From assembly GCA_945907065.1 (NCBI GenBank), contig CAMDSC010000002.1, positions 28,345-92,344 of the forward strand: a DNA stretch of 64,000 nucleotides, written 5' to 3'. The position numbers and the translations under genes are program-made. The notes under the pieces were generated by a model that saw only the letters and a program-made list of their open reading frames with translations, had not been told where the DNA came from and made no database searches. Below, one piece after another: positions 1 through 10,209 of this stretch (positions are counted from its first letter, which is position 1; every line of letters starts with the position of its first letter). This DNA is from Chitinophaga pinensis (GTDB lineage Bacteria > Bacteroidota > Bacteroidia > NS11-12g > UBA9320).

Positions 1-197
1 AGAAAGAATCAGGTATAACCATTCATCTAGTAAATGAAGAGTATGACAAAGGAGAAATACTTTTTCAAGCTAAAGTTAATATAACAGAACAAGAAACAGC
101 TTTAACATTGGCTTACAAAATACATGATTTAGAATATCTATATTTTCCAAAAACAGTCGAAAAATATATAATTCAATTCAATAAAAAAGGCCACTAA
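1..197 (+). CDS. purN: Phosphoribosylglycinamide formyltransferase, C-terminal part (5' truncated by window)
   Basis: Frame from nt 3 reads KESGITIHLVNEEYDKGEILFQAKV...KIHDLEYLYFP, matching the GART SGxTxHxVxxxYDxG motif; TAA at 195-197. Confidence 0.9.
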   Translation, partial: KESGITIHLVNEEYDKGEILFQAKVNITEQETALTLAYKIHDLEYLYFPKTVEKYIIQFNKKGH

Positions 198-211
198 AAG
201 TGACCTTTTTT
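183..211 (-). terminator. Intrinsic terminator between convergent purN and the coiled-coil gene
   Basis: Minus-strand hairpin GGUCAC-UUUUA-GUGGCC flanked by A and T runs. Confidence 0.65.
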
Positions 212-228
212 TATAGCAAATAATATTT

Positions 229-1182
229 CTACTTTAATTTCAAACTTCCTTCCCCTATCATCCATTCATCACAATATACTAATGCACGATAGTTTCCAGT
301 TGACATTCCGGGTATCTTATCAAAGTAAATAATAACCAGACTGCCAGTATTACTGTTAAAATTTACAGTTGCCTTAGAAGTATATAAAGTACTTTCTCCT
401 GCCACATCAAAAGTACCAGAACCTGCATTTTGATTAGCTACGGTTGAACCATTGGGCCCTATCAATCTCAGATAAACTACTTTCTGACCTGCATCCACAA
501 TTTCATTCTTATCTATTGTAAACTGAATTTTTACTTTATCTATTCTACTCAATCGGCTCTTTTCCTTTTCTTTATTGCCTTTCACCATGATTCCCTCAGC
601 CTTAATATTTGTAGCCTTAAGTCTTGAAGCTACTTTAACTTTATCCCCTAACTTTTTATTTTGATCAGCTAAAGTTGAATTGATATTTCTTTGACTCTCA
701 ACTTCTTCTTTCACAGTAGTATTTTCTTCAGTCAGCGTTGTATTGGCTACTTTTAAATCTAAATTTTCTTTAGATAATGAATCAATAATATGAGTGGTTG
801 ATGCAATCTTAGCTCTCAATTTATCCATCTCTCCTTTGGCAGCTTCTAGTTGTGCTTTTGTTATATTGCCTTGGGAAAGCATCTTACGAATTTGTGCAAC
901 CTTAACTGCTATTTCATCATTTTTAATATCAATAATACTGTCCAACTGTGAATTCTTACCTTTATATTCTAATAAAAGAGTTTCTGTTTCATCCAGCATT
1001 TTATCGAGTTGCTGCTTTTCGTTCGTTGTATCTTCTAACTTATTTTCAGTGGTTACAAGTATTTTATCCTTGCTTATTAAATTATAAAGTAAAGCAAAAT
1101 TTATAATAAATAAAACTCCGATAATAATAATCAGGTAGGTTTTGGTTCGTTTGTCTTTGGCAATTTGTTCTTCGTGTTCCAT
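229..1182 (-). CDS. Membrane-anchored coiled-coil protein of unknown function
   Basis: 317 aa; one N-terminal TM helix, long heptad-rich E/K/L/N segment, beta-rich C-terminal domain. Confidence 0.75.
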   Translation of the reverse strand: MEHEEQIAKDKRTKTYLIIIIGVLFIINFALLYNLISKDKILVTTENKLEDTTNEKQQLDKMLDETETLLLEYKGKNSQLDSIIDIKNDEIAVKVAQIRKMLSQGNITKAQLEAAKGEMDKLRAKIASTTHIIDSLSKENLDLKVANTTLTEENTTVKEEVESQRNINSTLADQNKKLGDKVKVASRLKATNIKAEGIMVKGNKEKEKSRLSRIDKVKIQFTIDKNEIVDAGQKVVYLRLIGPNGSTVANQNAGSGTFDVAGESTLYTSKATVNFNSNTGSLVIIYFDKIPGMSTGNYRALVYCDEWMIGEGSLKLK

Positions 1183-1289
1183 AACTATTTTTTTTTCAAA
1201 TTTAGATTAAAATGTAAATTAACTACTTACATTATTAATACATTAACTTACATAATTCCTGTTTTATTGTATATAATTATCTACAATTA

Positions 1290-3554
1290 TTAGAATTGGA
1301 TTTGAGCTCTAATTATATTTAATGCACCACCTGCTTTAAACCATTCTATTTGTTGTTCATTATAGGTATGATTACAATTTATAGTATCTGTTGTTCCATT
1401 TTTATGATTTAAAACTAAACGCAATGGTTTATTTGGCGTGAAGTTGGTTAAACCCAACAAAGTCATAGTATCATCTTCCTGAATTAAATCGTACGCTTCT
1501 TTGTTAGCAAAGGTTAAGGCTAACATTCCTTGCTTTTTTAAGTTGGTTTCATGAATACGGGCAAATGATTTGGTCAAAACAATCCTTACCCCTAAAAATC
1601 TAGGCTCCATTGCAGCATGTTCGCGGCTACTTCCTTCACCATAGTTTTCATCACCAACTACAATTGTACCAATACCAGCTGCTTTGTAGGCTCTTTGAAC
1701 TGCAGGCACTTCTCCATATTCACCGGTCAATTGATTTTTTACGAAATTAGTTTTTTCATTAAAATAATTCAAAGCTCCTATTAACATATTGTTGCTAATA
1801 TTATCCAAGTGTCCACGAAATTTTAACCAAGGCCCAGCCATACTAATATGGTCGGTTGTACATTTTCCTTTAGCTTTTATTAATACTTTTAAACCTTTCA
1901 AATCCGTTCCTTCCCAAGCCTTAAAAGGATCAAGAAGTTGTAATCTATTACTATCTAACGCTACTTTGATAACCACTTTACTTCCATCCTCAGCAGGTGC
2001 CTGATATCCTGCATCTTCTACAGCGTATCCTTTTATTGGCATTTCTATTCCTAATGGCTCAGAAAATTTTATCTTTTCGCCTTTTTCATTGGTTAAAGAA
2101 TCAGTCAATGGATTAAAAGTTAAATCACCCGCTATTGCTAAAGCCGTAACAATTTCAGGAGATGCCACAAAAGCATGAGTATTTGGGTTGCCATCATTTC
2201 GTTTCGCAAAATTTCTATTAAACGAAGTTATAATCGAATTTTTACGATTTGGGTCGGTTGAATGTCTCGCCCATTGGCCTATGCAAGGACCACAAGCATT
2301 TGCGAGTACTACGCCACCCATTTCTTCAAACGTTGCTAAATAACCATCTCTTTCTACCGTATATCTCACTTGCTCTGAGCCAGGGGTAATAGTAAATTCT
2401 GATTTAGCTTTTATACCATTATCAGTAGCTTGTTTTGCTATAGATGCTGCTCTCGTTATATCTTCATACGATGAATTGGTGCATGAACCAATTAATCCAA
2501 CTTCTAATTCAGCCGGCCAATTGTTATCTTTTACTGCCTGGGCAAATTGAGAAATAGGCCATGCCATATCTGGAGTAAAAGGTCCGTTAATATGTGGCTC
2601 TAATTCCGATAAATTTATTTCTATTACTTGGTCAAAGTAGAGTTCAGGATTAGTATAAACTTCAGGGTCTCCTGCTAAATGCTCAGCTATGGCATCAGCC
2701 GCTGAGGCCAATTCAATTCTTCCTGTTCCTTTTAGATAATCCGACATTTTTTCGTCGTATCCAAAGACAGAAGTTGTGGCACCAATTTCAGCCCCCATGT
2801 TACAAATGGTACCCTTTCCTGTGCAGGATAAACTCTTTGCACCTTCACCAAAATATTCAACAATGGCGCCGGTTCCACCTTTTACCGTTAGTATTCCTGC
2901 AACTTTTAATATTACATCTTTCGAAGATGTCCAACCACTTAATTTTCCTGAAAGCTTAACTCCTATTAATTTTGGAAATTTTAACTCCCAAGGCAAACCC
3001 GCCATTACATCACAGGCATCAGCCCCACCAACTCCTATAGCTACCATTCCCAACCCACCAGCATTCACCGTATGACTGTCAGTTCCTATCATCAATCCAC
3101 CGGGAAAAGCATAATTTTCTAATACTACTTGATGAATAATTCCTGCTCCAGGTTTCCAAAACCCAATTCCATATTTATCAGAAACAGACGCTAAAAAATC
3201 AAAGACTTCTTTATTTACTTCTTTTGAAGTAGCCAAATCTTCCTTTGCTCCATCCTTAGCCAATATTAAATGGTCGCAATGAACAGTAGAAGGAACGGCC
3301 ACCTTCTGACGTCCAGCTTGCATAAATTGCAACAACGCCATTTGAGCAGTAGCATCTTGCATGGCCACTCTATCCGGGGCAAAATCCACATAACTATTTC
3401 CACGTTCATTTACAGAACTTGTGGAACCTTCCCACAAATGGGCATATAAAATTTTCTCAGTAAGTGTTAACGGTTTATTAATTAATTTTTTGGCAGCGGC
3501 AACTCGCTCTGGGAAGCGGGAATACACCGCTTTAATCATTTCTAAATCAAACAT
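1290..3554 (-). CDS. acnA: Aconitate hydratase (mitochondrial-like Bacteroidota type)
   Basis: [37 protein letters not shown] (Fe-S Cys), [17 protein letters not shown]. Confidence 0.95.
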   Translation of the reverse strand: MFDLEMIKAVYSRFPERVAAAKKLINKPLTLTEKILYAHLWEGSTSSVNERGNSYVDFAPDRVAMQDATAQMALLQFMQAGRQKVAVPSTVHCDHLILAKDGAKEDLATSKEVNKEVFDFLASVSDKYGIGFWKPGAGIIHQVVLENYAFPGGLMIGTDSHTVNAGGLGMVAIGVGGADACDVMAGLPWELKFPKLIGVKLSGKLSGWTSSKDVILKVAGILTVKGGTGAIVEYFGEGAKSLSCTGKGTICNMGAEIGATTSVFGYDEKMSDYLKGTGRIELASAADAIAEHLAGDPEVYTNPELYFDQVIEINLSELEPHINGPFTPDMAWPISQFAQAVKDNNWPAELEVGLIGSCTNSSYEDITRAASIAKQATDNGIKAKSEFTITPGSEQVRYTVERDGYLATFEEMGGVVLANACGPCIGQWARHSTDPNRKNSIITSFNRNFAKRNDGNPNTHAFVASPEIVTALAIAGDLTFNPLTDSLTNEKGEKIKFSEPLGIEMPIKGYAVEDAGYQAPAEDGSKVVIKVALDSNRLQLLDPFKAWEGTDLKGLKVLIKAKGKCTTDHISMAGPWLKFRGHLDNISNNMLIGALNYFNEKTNFVKNQLTGEYGEVPAVQRAYKAAGIGTIVVGDENYGEGSSREHAAMEPRFLGVRIVLTKSFARIHETNLKKQGMLALTFANKEAYDLIQEDDTMTLLGLTNFTPNKPLRLVLNHKNGTTDTINCNHTYNEQQIEWFKAGGALNIIRAQIQF

Positions 3555-3576
3555 GAATGGTTTTTGATAATTGTCA

Positions 3577-3584
3577 CAAATTTA
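3577..3584 (-). promoter_or_regulatory. Bacteroidota -7 promoter element for aconitase
   Basis: TAAATTTG 22 nt upstream of ATG (consensus TAnnTTTG). Confidence 0.6.
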
Positions 3585-3665
3585 CTAAAAAGCCTAGGTA
3601 TAAAATAACAAAGTTGAATGATAATTGGTTTAGTTATTAAAACATTATGTTTCTAATTTTTTAAT

Positions 3666-3694
3666 AAAAAAAGAGGAAGCTAAACGCCTCCTCT
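3666..3694 (-). terminator. Intrinsic terminator of the tRNA-Gln-prs-rplY unit
   Basis: AGAGGAGGC-GTTTA-GCTTCCTCT then T run on minus strand. Confidence 0.8.
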
Positions 3695-3719
3695 CATTTT
3701 TATAGAAAATTAATTCTAA

Positions 3720-4301
3720 TTATTTTTTCTTAGCCTCTTCTGTAGCTGCGCTTATACTAGCACGAGTAGCTGATACAGATACAACTGAATTGGCTTTAGT
3801 ATTTAATAATTCTAAACCTTTAATACTAATATCCCCAACTCTGAAATTTTGACCAATTTCAAGTTTATCTACATTTATTTCAATTGCATCAGGAATATCC
3901 TTTATCATTCCTTTTACTGTAAGTTTTTTAATCTTAATTATAAGTCTTCCACCTGCTCTAACACCAGGTGCATTTCCACTAACATTAACAGGTATATCTA
4001 TCGTTAATGGGACATCTAATGATACTTCCATGAAATCGGCATGAATAATTGCTTCAGATACAGGATGAAACTGAATATCCTGCAATTTGGCTAATTTTTT
4101 ACCTTCATCAAGATTTAACTGAACCAAATATGTATTTGGAGTATACACTAGATTTTTAAAATCATACTCATAAACTCCAAAATGACTGTTGCCATTTTTT
4201 CCATAAACTACGCAAGGAACTTTTCCTTCGATACGCAAAGCTTTAGTTGCTTTTTTGCCAGTATCTAATCTGGCATCTCCTTTAAGAACAATTGTCTTCA
4301 T
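3720..4301 (-). CDS. rplY: 50S ribosomal protein L25 / Ctc (long form)
   Basis: GKKATKALR..GKVPCVVYG, DIQFHPV..IIHADF, GVRAGG; directly downstream of prs. Confidence 0.95.
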   Translation of the reverse strand: MKTIVLKGDARLDTGKKATKALRIEGKVPCVVYGKNGNSHFGVYEYDFKNLVYTPNTYLVQLNLDEGKKLAKLQDIQFHPVSEAIIHADFMEVSLDVPLTIDIPVNVSGNAPGVRAGGRLIIKIKKLTVKGMIKDIPDAIEINVDKLEIGQNFRVGDISIKGLELLNTKANSVVSVSATRASISAATEEAKKK

Positions 4302-4308
4302 TTATTTT

Positions 4309-5280
4309 TTATACATTTAATTTTTGTTGGAATGCCTTTTCAATACTAAATAGTGAACTAATCGAATTATGATCTATCACATTACGAATTGCATTAGCAA
4401 ATAATTTTGATGAACTAAGAACTTTTATTTTATTACTTTTATATTGAATTGGTAATGTATCAGTTACTACCAACTCATCTAATTCCGAGTTATCAATATT
4501 TTCATAAGCCTTTCCTGATAATACAGGGTGAGTGCATACAGCCCTGACAGATCTGGCTCCTTTTTCTTTTAACAATTGTGCTGCTTTACAGAGAGTATTA
4601 GCCGTATCACACAAATCATCTATTAATACCATATCATAGCCACTGACATCTCCAATTACTGTCATGGAAGCCACTTCATTTGCAATTTTTCTTTCTTTAT
4701 CACAAATCACCATTTCTACATTCATTGCTTGGGCAAAAAATCTCACCCTTTTTGTTGCACCAACATCCGGTGCTGCCAATTTTAGATTTGGTAATTTTAA
4801 ACTTTGAATATAGGGAATAAAAATAACTGAGGCATCTAAATGATCAACTGGTATGTTAAAAAATCCCTGAATTTGCGGAGCATGAAGATCCATAGTCATT
4901 ACTCTATCAGCACCTACAGCCGTTAATATATCAGCCACCATTTTAGCAGCTATTGGAACACGGGGTTTATCTTTTCTATCCTGACGTGCCAATCCATAAT
5001 AAGGAATAACAGCAACTACCTTATGTGCTGATGCTCGTTTAGCAGCATCAATCATAAGACACAATTCCATAAGATTATCCTGTGGTGGGTTGGTTGATTG
5101 AATAATAAAAATATCAGTTCCTCTTACTGATTCATTAATACTTGTTTGAAATTCGCCATCGCTGAACATTGCACAAGATGCGTCACCTAATGGTTCACCA
5201 AAATCTTCTGCAATTTTTTCTGATAGATACCGAGAGCCTCGGCATGTAAAGAGTTTTACTTTGTTAGATACATTTTCCAT
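4309..5280 (-). CDS. prs: Ribose-phosphate pyrophosphokinase
   Basis: FSDGE, PYYGLARQDRK, DLHAPQIQGFF, PDVGA, LIDDLCDTANTL. Confidence 0.97.
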   Translation of the reverse strand: MENVSNKVKLFTCRGSRYLSEKIAEDFGEPLGDASCAMFSDGEFQTSINESVRGTDIFIIQSTNPPQDNLMELCLMIDAAKRASAHKVVAVIPYYGLARQDRKDKPRVPIAAKMVADILTAVGADRVMTMDLHAPQIQGFFNIPVDHLDASVIFIPYIQSLKLPNLKLAAPDVGATKRVRFFAQAMNVEMVICDKERKIANEVASMTVIGDVSGYDMVLIDDLCDTANTLCKAAQLLKEKGARSVRAVCTHPVLSGKAYENIDNSELDELVVTDTLPIQYKSNKIKVLSSSKLFANAIRNVIDHNSISSLFSIEKAFQQKLNV

Positions 5281-5333
5281 TTTGCTTTACTTTCGTCTCC
5301 CTGGTGTTCGACTATCATAAACTTACTTCTAAG

Positions 5334-5406
5334 TTGTCCGACTAGGGCTCGAACCTAGACTCTCCTGGACCAAAACCAGGCGTGTTGCCAGTTACACCAT
5401 CGGACA
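5334..5406 (-). tRNA. tRNA-Gln (anticodon TTG)
   Basis: Minus strand TGTCCGA...TCGGACA acceptor stem, anticodon arm CCTGG-TTTTGGT-CCAGG, T arm CTAGG-TTCGAGC-CCTAG; 73 nt, CCA not encoded. Confidence 0.97.
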
Positions 5407-5485
5407 ATAAGGCTGCGAAATTAATATTTTTAATTTTTATTTGCCATAGTATTTTCTAAATTTTATTTTAAGTAAAAAAGATAAC

Positions 5486-5516
5486 AAAAAAAAAGCGGAA
5501 CCTATTGAGTTCCGCT
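5486..5516 (-). terminator. Intrinsic terminator after the PKD-repeat gene
   Basis: AGCGGAAC-TCAATAG-GTTCCGCT then T8. Confidence 0.85.
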
Positions 5517-5540
5517 CTTTTAAGAAGTATTAATAAAAAT

Positions 5541-7937
5541 CTATTTTACAAATTTTGTAGACTCAACTTTGCCATCTTGCTCAATACTTACATAGTAAGT
5601 ACCTTTTGGAAGCGTATTTACAATCATATCGATTGATTTATTTTCATTTGGTGTGGCATCATATCTTAAAACTTCAACACCATAAATATCTTTAACTGAT
5701 ATTTTGGCATCTGAAGTAGATAAAGTAACTACCGTCACTTTCGTATCTGCTGGATTTGGATATACACTTAATGCCTCTTTTACATTATCTCCTTCGTTAC
5801 CTATCATTTTTTGAGTTGTGCCTCCAATTTCTATAGTTTTACAAATAGTTTTTGTGCATTTAGTTTTAGTGTCATAAGCCGTCATACATATATAATATTT
5901 TCCTGCAACTTTATAAGTATGATCAACTACTCTGCCTTTATCTCCTAATTTATCTCCCCAACTCCAACCAAATTCAACTCCAGAAAGATTTGTTCCTTCA
6001 ACATTGATTTTATTTCCAACAACTTTAAAAGAAAAATCAGGTTTAAAATCGGCACATGGGTCTGTTGTTTTTCCTTGTACTTCAATTGTAAAGCAAATTG
6101 TTTTTTTACATTTACGTTTGGAATCATACACTGTTACACAAATAGTATATTTACCTGCCTTAGAATAAGTATGGGTAACTGTTCTATCTGTACTTCCCTT
6201 CGTATTGTCACCAAAGTTCCACTCCATAGTAGCTCCTTTTCCACCATCCACATCCAATTTAATCTTTAAACCATCGGTTTGAAAACTAACCTTTGGGTTA
6301 AAATCTTTACAAGGATCTTGAGTTTCTCTTTCTTTAATAACAATTTCTTTGCAAATCTTTTTGGTGCATTTTGTTTTAGGATCAGTGATGTAAACACATG
6401 CAGTATAGGTACCTGGTTTTTTAAAGTCTATTTTAACAATCCTGTCGGTGCTAGTTTGGCTAGAATTACTAAATATCCATTTATACGTGTAATTAGTGCC
6501 ACTTTGTGCTTCAAAAACCACAACATTACCATCAATTTTATAATAATAAGTTGGATTAAAATCTTTGCAAGGATCAGTGTTAGTTCCTGATATTGTTATT
6601 TCCCAACATAATGTTTTCTTACAACCTGTTTTAGAATCATAAATTGTTACACATGGTTTGTAAGTTCCTGGCTTATAAGTATGGTTAGATTGAATACCCG
6701 TTCCTGATGTTCCATCTCCATAATTCCAAACATAAGAATATGTGCTGGTAGTTGTACCAGCTCCCCAGAATGTAACGACTCCATTATCACCAATTTTATA
6801 TTCGTATCTTGGATTAAAATCAGCACATGGATCTTTCTCTTTAACTGTAATTTCTTTACACAATGTTTTGGTACATTTTGTATTTCCACTTGTATATGTA
6901 ATAGTTACACATGGTTTGTATGTCCCAGGCTTATATTGATGTGTTCCATCTTTAGTAGTTGATACTGCTGATCCATCACCAAAATTCCAAGAATATGTTA
7001 ACCCAGTCCCACTCATACCATTATATGTGGCCACACCATTTGCATCAACAGTAAAATCAAATGTAGGATTGAAGTTTATACATGGATCATTTTCTTTAAC
7101 AGTTATTGCTTCAAAACAAATAGTTTTTGTGCATTTAGGGTCTGTGCTTGTAATTGTAACACATGGCTTGTAGGTGCCAGGACTATACGTATGATAACCA
7201 ACACGGTCAGTACTAGTTGTTTTATCTCCAAAATCCCAACTATAGGTATAGTTAGTACCGGCTGATGCCTCAAAAGTTGCGGTTTTACCATCAGTCCCAA
7301 GTTTTATACCACCTGAAAGTGATGCATAAAATTTAGCACATGGATCTTGAACTGTAACAGGATCAAAGCATAAAGTTTTTGTACATTTTGGATTTGAACT
7401 TGTAATGGTTACACATGGCTTATAGGTACCGGCTGAATATGCATGCGTTCCTGTGCGGTCGCCACTAGTTGTATTATCGCCAAAACTCCAAGAATAAGTA
7501 TACGTATTAGACGTGCTATTACTTGCAGCGGCTTCAAAGGTTATTGTTTTTCCGTCCGTTCCTAATTTAATACCTGCTGATGGGGCAAAACTTGCACAAG
7601 GATCCTCAATAGTTATTGTTTTGCAAACCTTAGTGGTACATGGATTGTTGGCATCACGAGGATTTTTAATAATTAGATAAACACAGGGTGTATAACTACC
7701 AGGTTTACTATAATCATGTGTAGGATTTGCATCTTTCGAATTGGCCGTACCATCATTAAAAACCCATTCTTGAGAAGCTACGGTTCCAGTTGATTTAACA
7801 CCTAGATAAACTTTTGTTCCAGAAATCTGAACATAAATTTCAGATTTAACACTGTCGCAATACGTTGGCTTTGTTTGACCGAATAATGTTGAAGATAAGG
7901 ACAACAAAACAATTAATAAAGTAGTAATTTTTTTCAT
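5541..7937 (-). CDS. Secreted Cys/Lys-rich protein with 8 PKD domains and a T9SS type A C-terminal domain
   Basis: Signal peptide; eight WxFGD-type repeats, each with four Cys (DPC...PC...C...C); CTD VYPNP...KGTYYV...KFVK. Confidence 0.85.
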   Translation of the reverse strand: MKKITTLLIVLLSLSSTLFGQTKPTYCDSVKSEIYVQISGTKVYLGVKSTGTVASQEWVFNDGTANSKDANPTHDYSKPGSYTPCVYLIIKNPRDANNPCTTKVCKTITIEDPCASFAPSAGIKLGTDGKTITFEAAASNSTSNTYTYSWSFGDNTTSGDRTGTHAYSAGTYKPCVTITSSNPKCTKTLCFDPVTVQDPCAKFYASLSGGIKLGTDGKTATFEASAGTNYTYSWDFGDKTTSTDRVGYHTYSPGTYKPCVTITSTDPKCTKTICFEAITVKENDPCINFNPTFDFTVDANGVATYNGMSGTGLTYSWNFGDGSAVSTTKDGTHQYKPGTYKPCVTITYTSGNTKCTKTLCKEITVKEKDPCADFNPRYEYKIGDNGVVTFWGAGTTTSTYSYVWNYGDGTSGTGIQSNHTYKPGTYKPCVTIYDSKTGCKKTLCWEITISGTNTDPCKDFNPTYYYKIDGNVVVFEAQSGTNYTYKWIFSNSSQTSTDRIVKIDFKKPGTYTACVYITDPKTKCTKKICKEIVIKERETQDPCKDFNPKVSFQTDGLKIKLDVDGGKGATMEWNFGDNTKGSTDRTVTHTYSKAGKYTICVTVYDSKRKCKKTICFTIEVQGKTTDPCADFKPDFSFKVVGNKINVEGTNLSGVEFGWSWGDKLGDKGRVVDHTYKVAGKYYICMTAYDTKTKCTKTICKTIEIGGTTQKMIGNEGDNVKEALSVYPNPADTKVTVVTLSTSDAKISVKDIYGVEVLRYDATPNENKSIDMIVNTLPKGTYYVSIEQDGKVESTKFVK

Positions 7938-7984
7938 GTTTTTAATTAATAAAGTTTAAATTTATGTTTTTTTTCAATTAGATA

Positions 7985-8011
7985 GACAACATAAGATTTA
8001 GAAATGTGACA
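7985..8011 (-). promoter_or_regulatory. Putative ECF sigma promoter (ECF41-like)
   Basis: TGTCACA-N16-TGTC on minus strand, 47 nt upstream of ATG; no TAnnTTTG in this spacer. Confidence 0.45.
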
Positions 8012-8057
8012 CCTTTAGCTATTTATTTGTCAGATTAAAGTCATTAGGCAATTTTTT

Positions 8058-10091
8058 TTACCAGATAATACTTCTTAATGAAACCGGCATATACATTTTA
8101 TTTTCTTCCTGCACTTTAAATGCCTCATAAAACTCTTGCATGTTACTCATTGGACCAAGTATTCTAAACTTAGCTGGCGAGTGAGGATCAGTGGCTAAAC
8201 GTGTTTTCAATGCCTCTGGCTTAATATTATTTTTCCAACCCTGTGCCCATGAAATAAACAGACGTTGCTCGCCGGTTAATCCATTAATTACTGGAGATGG
8301 TTTACCATTCAATGATTTCTTATAGGCATAATAAGCCATCGTTAAACCCCCAAGGTCGGCAATATTTTCACCTAAAGTAAGTTCACCGTTAACTTTTAAA
8401 GTGTCGATAGCAACATAACTGCTGAATTGTTTTACCAATAATCCTGTTCTCGCTTTAAATTGTTTTTTATCTTCTTCTGTCCACCAGTCTTTCATATTTC
8501 CATCACCATCAAATTGGCTACCTTGATCATCAAATCCGTGGGTTAGTTCATGACCAATAATAGCACCAATACCTCCATAATTGGCGGCATCATCCGCGGT
8601 AGCATCAAAAAACGGTGGTTGCATAATTCCAGCTGGAAATACGATTTCATTTATTGAAGGATTGTAATATGCATTAACCGTAGGAGTGCTCATCCCCCAT
8701 TCTGTTCTATCCACCGGTTTTCCAATTTTATCAAGCATTTCATTGTATCCAAATGTATTGCTTCGCAATACATTCATGCAATAAGAGTCATCGGCAATTT
8801 CCATTTTGCTATGGTCCTTCCACTTGTCGGGATAACCTAATTTTCGAATAATTTTATCCAACTTGGTCAGCGCCTGTTTTTTTGTGGGTTCGCTCATCCA
8901 AGAAAGTTTTTGAATTCTTTCTCTGTATGCAGCAGTAAGATTATCAACCAAAGTATTCACTTTTGCTTTGGCATCGGCACTAAAATATTTCTCTACAAAA
9001 AGTTTTCCAAGAGGTTCACCCAAGCTGCCATCCGTTTTATCCAAAGCACGTTTCCATCTTGGCTTCATTTCCTTTGTCCCACGTAAAACAGTTTCAAAAA
9101 AAGCAAAATCCTGTTTGTCAACATTGCTGCTTAAATAAGCTGCAGTTGCATTTATCAATTGCCAATGCATGTAGGCTTTCCAATCTTCAATACTTACCGA
9201 TTTAATCATTGTATTAAGTTCAGCAGCAAAATTCAATTGCTCAACAACTACATCTGTAAATGCCTTACCACCCAGTTCACTGAAATATAAATCCCAGTTA
9301 ATATTTGAATATTTCTTTTTAAAATCAACGTAAGTTGTTGGGTTGTACTGAGCCTGAATATCTCTTCTTTCGACCGAATTCATGGCTTTAGCTGCCAGTT
9401 TACTTTCTATAGTGTAAGCAGTTTGAGGATTTACTTTTACTTCAGGATTGGCGGCTGAAACCATTTCCATCATTTTTGCAATGTGAGCCATGTATTCATT
9501 ACGAATACTTTCATGCTTTGGGTCAAAGTAATAATCTTTATCGGGTAAATTAAATCCGCCCTGACTTATAAATTGGGTATTTTTCTTACTGTCTTTTAAG
9601 TCAGAAGTTATATAAAAACCAAAAGCTCCCGGAATTCCCATTTTATGAAATCTAGCCATTAGCTTTATTAAATCATCAGTAGTTTTTACCAGATTAATTT
9701 CATCCTGCATTGGATTTATAGGCGCCAATCCATCCTTTTCAGCTTTTACACTATCCATAGCCACTCTGTAAAATGTTCCAACCAATTGGCGGTCAGTTCC
9801 TTTTGCAGCGCCTTTATCAGATGAAACTTCGTTAACTATGGAAAGCAACCGATCGAGGTTTCGGTCTTCTATTTCATTAAAACTACCCCATCGGTTTTCC
9901 GTAGCCGGAACCGGATTCTTTTTTAACCAAACACCATTGGCATATTCGTTAAAATCATCTCCGGGCAATACAGTTGTATCCATATACTCCTGTTTTATTC
10001 CTGCATTTCCACTGGTGTTGCTTTGTTTGCAACTGTCAATTGTTAAACCCAAAACTATTGTTGTTAAAATAATTGTGTAATTTTTTTTCAT
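8058..10091 (-). CDS. pepO: M13 family zinc metalloendopeptidase, lipoprotein
   Basis: Lipobox IDSC; VNAYY, HELTHGFDD, GENIADLGG, DPHSP. Confidence 0.93.
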   Translation of the reverse strand: MKKNYTIILTTIVLGLTIDSCKQSNTSGNAGIKQEYMDTTVLPGDDFNEYANGVWLKKNPVPATENRWGSFNEIEDRNLDRLLSIVNEVSSDKGAAKGTDRQLVGTFYRVAMDSVKAEKDGLAPINPMQDEINLVKTTDDLIKLMARFHKMGIPGAFGFYITSDLKDSKKNTQFISQGGFNLPDKDYYFDPKHESIRNEYMAHIAKMMEMVSAANPEVKVNPQTAYTIESKLAAKAMNSVERRDIQAQYNPTTYVDFKKKYSNINWDLYFSELGGKAFTDVVVEQLNFAAELNTMIKSVSIEDWKAYMHWQLINATAAYLSSNVDKQDFAFFETVLRGTKEMKPRWKRALDKTDGSLGEPLGKLFVEKYFSADAKAKVNTLVDNLTAAYRERIQKLSWMSEPTKKQALTKLDKIIRKLGYPDKWKDHSKMEIADDSYCMNVLRSNTFGYNEMLDKIGKPVDRTEWGMSTPTVNAYYNPSINEIVFPAGIMQPPFFDATADDAANYGGIGAIIGHELTHGFDDQGSQFDGDGNMKDWWTEEDKKQFKARTGLLVKQFSSYVAIDTLKVNGELTLGENIADLGGLTMAYYAYKKSLNGKPSPVINGLTGEQRLFISWAQGWKNNIKPEALKTRLATDPHSPAKFRILGPMSNMQEFYEAFKVQEENKMYMPVSLRSIIW

Positions 10092-10209
10092 AATAACTTT
10101 TTACAAGGGGCAAATATATTTTTTTTGCACCCTAAATACTTGAAGTTTTTTGCGATTAATGAATAGATATAATTGATTTTGACTTTTTTTGCAGTGGAAT
10201 TTAAAATAA

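Noticed and set aside
5334-5540. Integrative element at tRNA-Gln
   Set aside because: No integrase and no duplicated tRNA 3' end seen; the tRNA runs straight into prs
5541-7937. CRISPR array or DGR template/variable repeat within the repetitive PKD genes
   Set aside because: The repeats are in-frame protein domains diverged at synonymous sites, not adenine-specific; no cas or reverse transcriptase gene in the window
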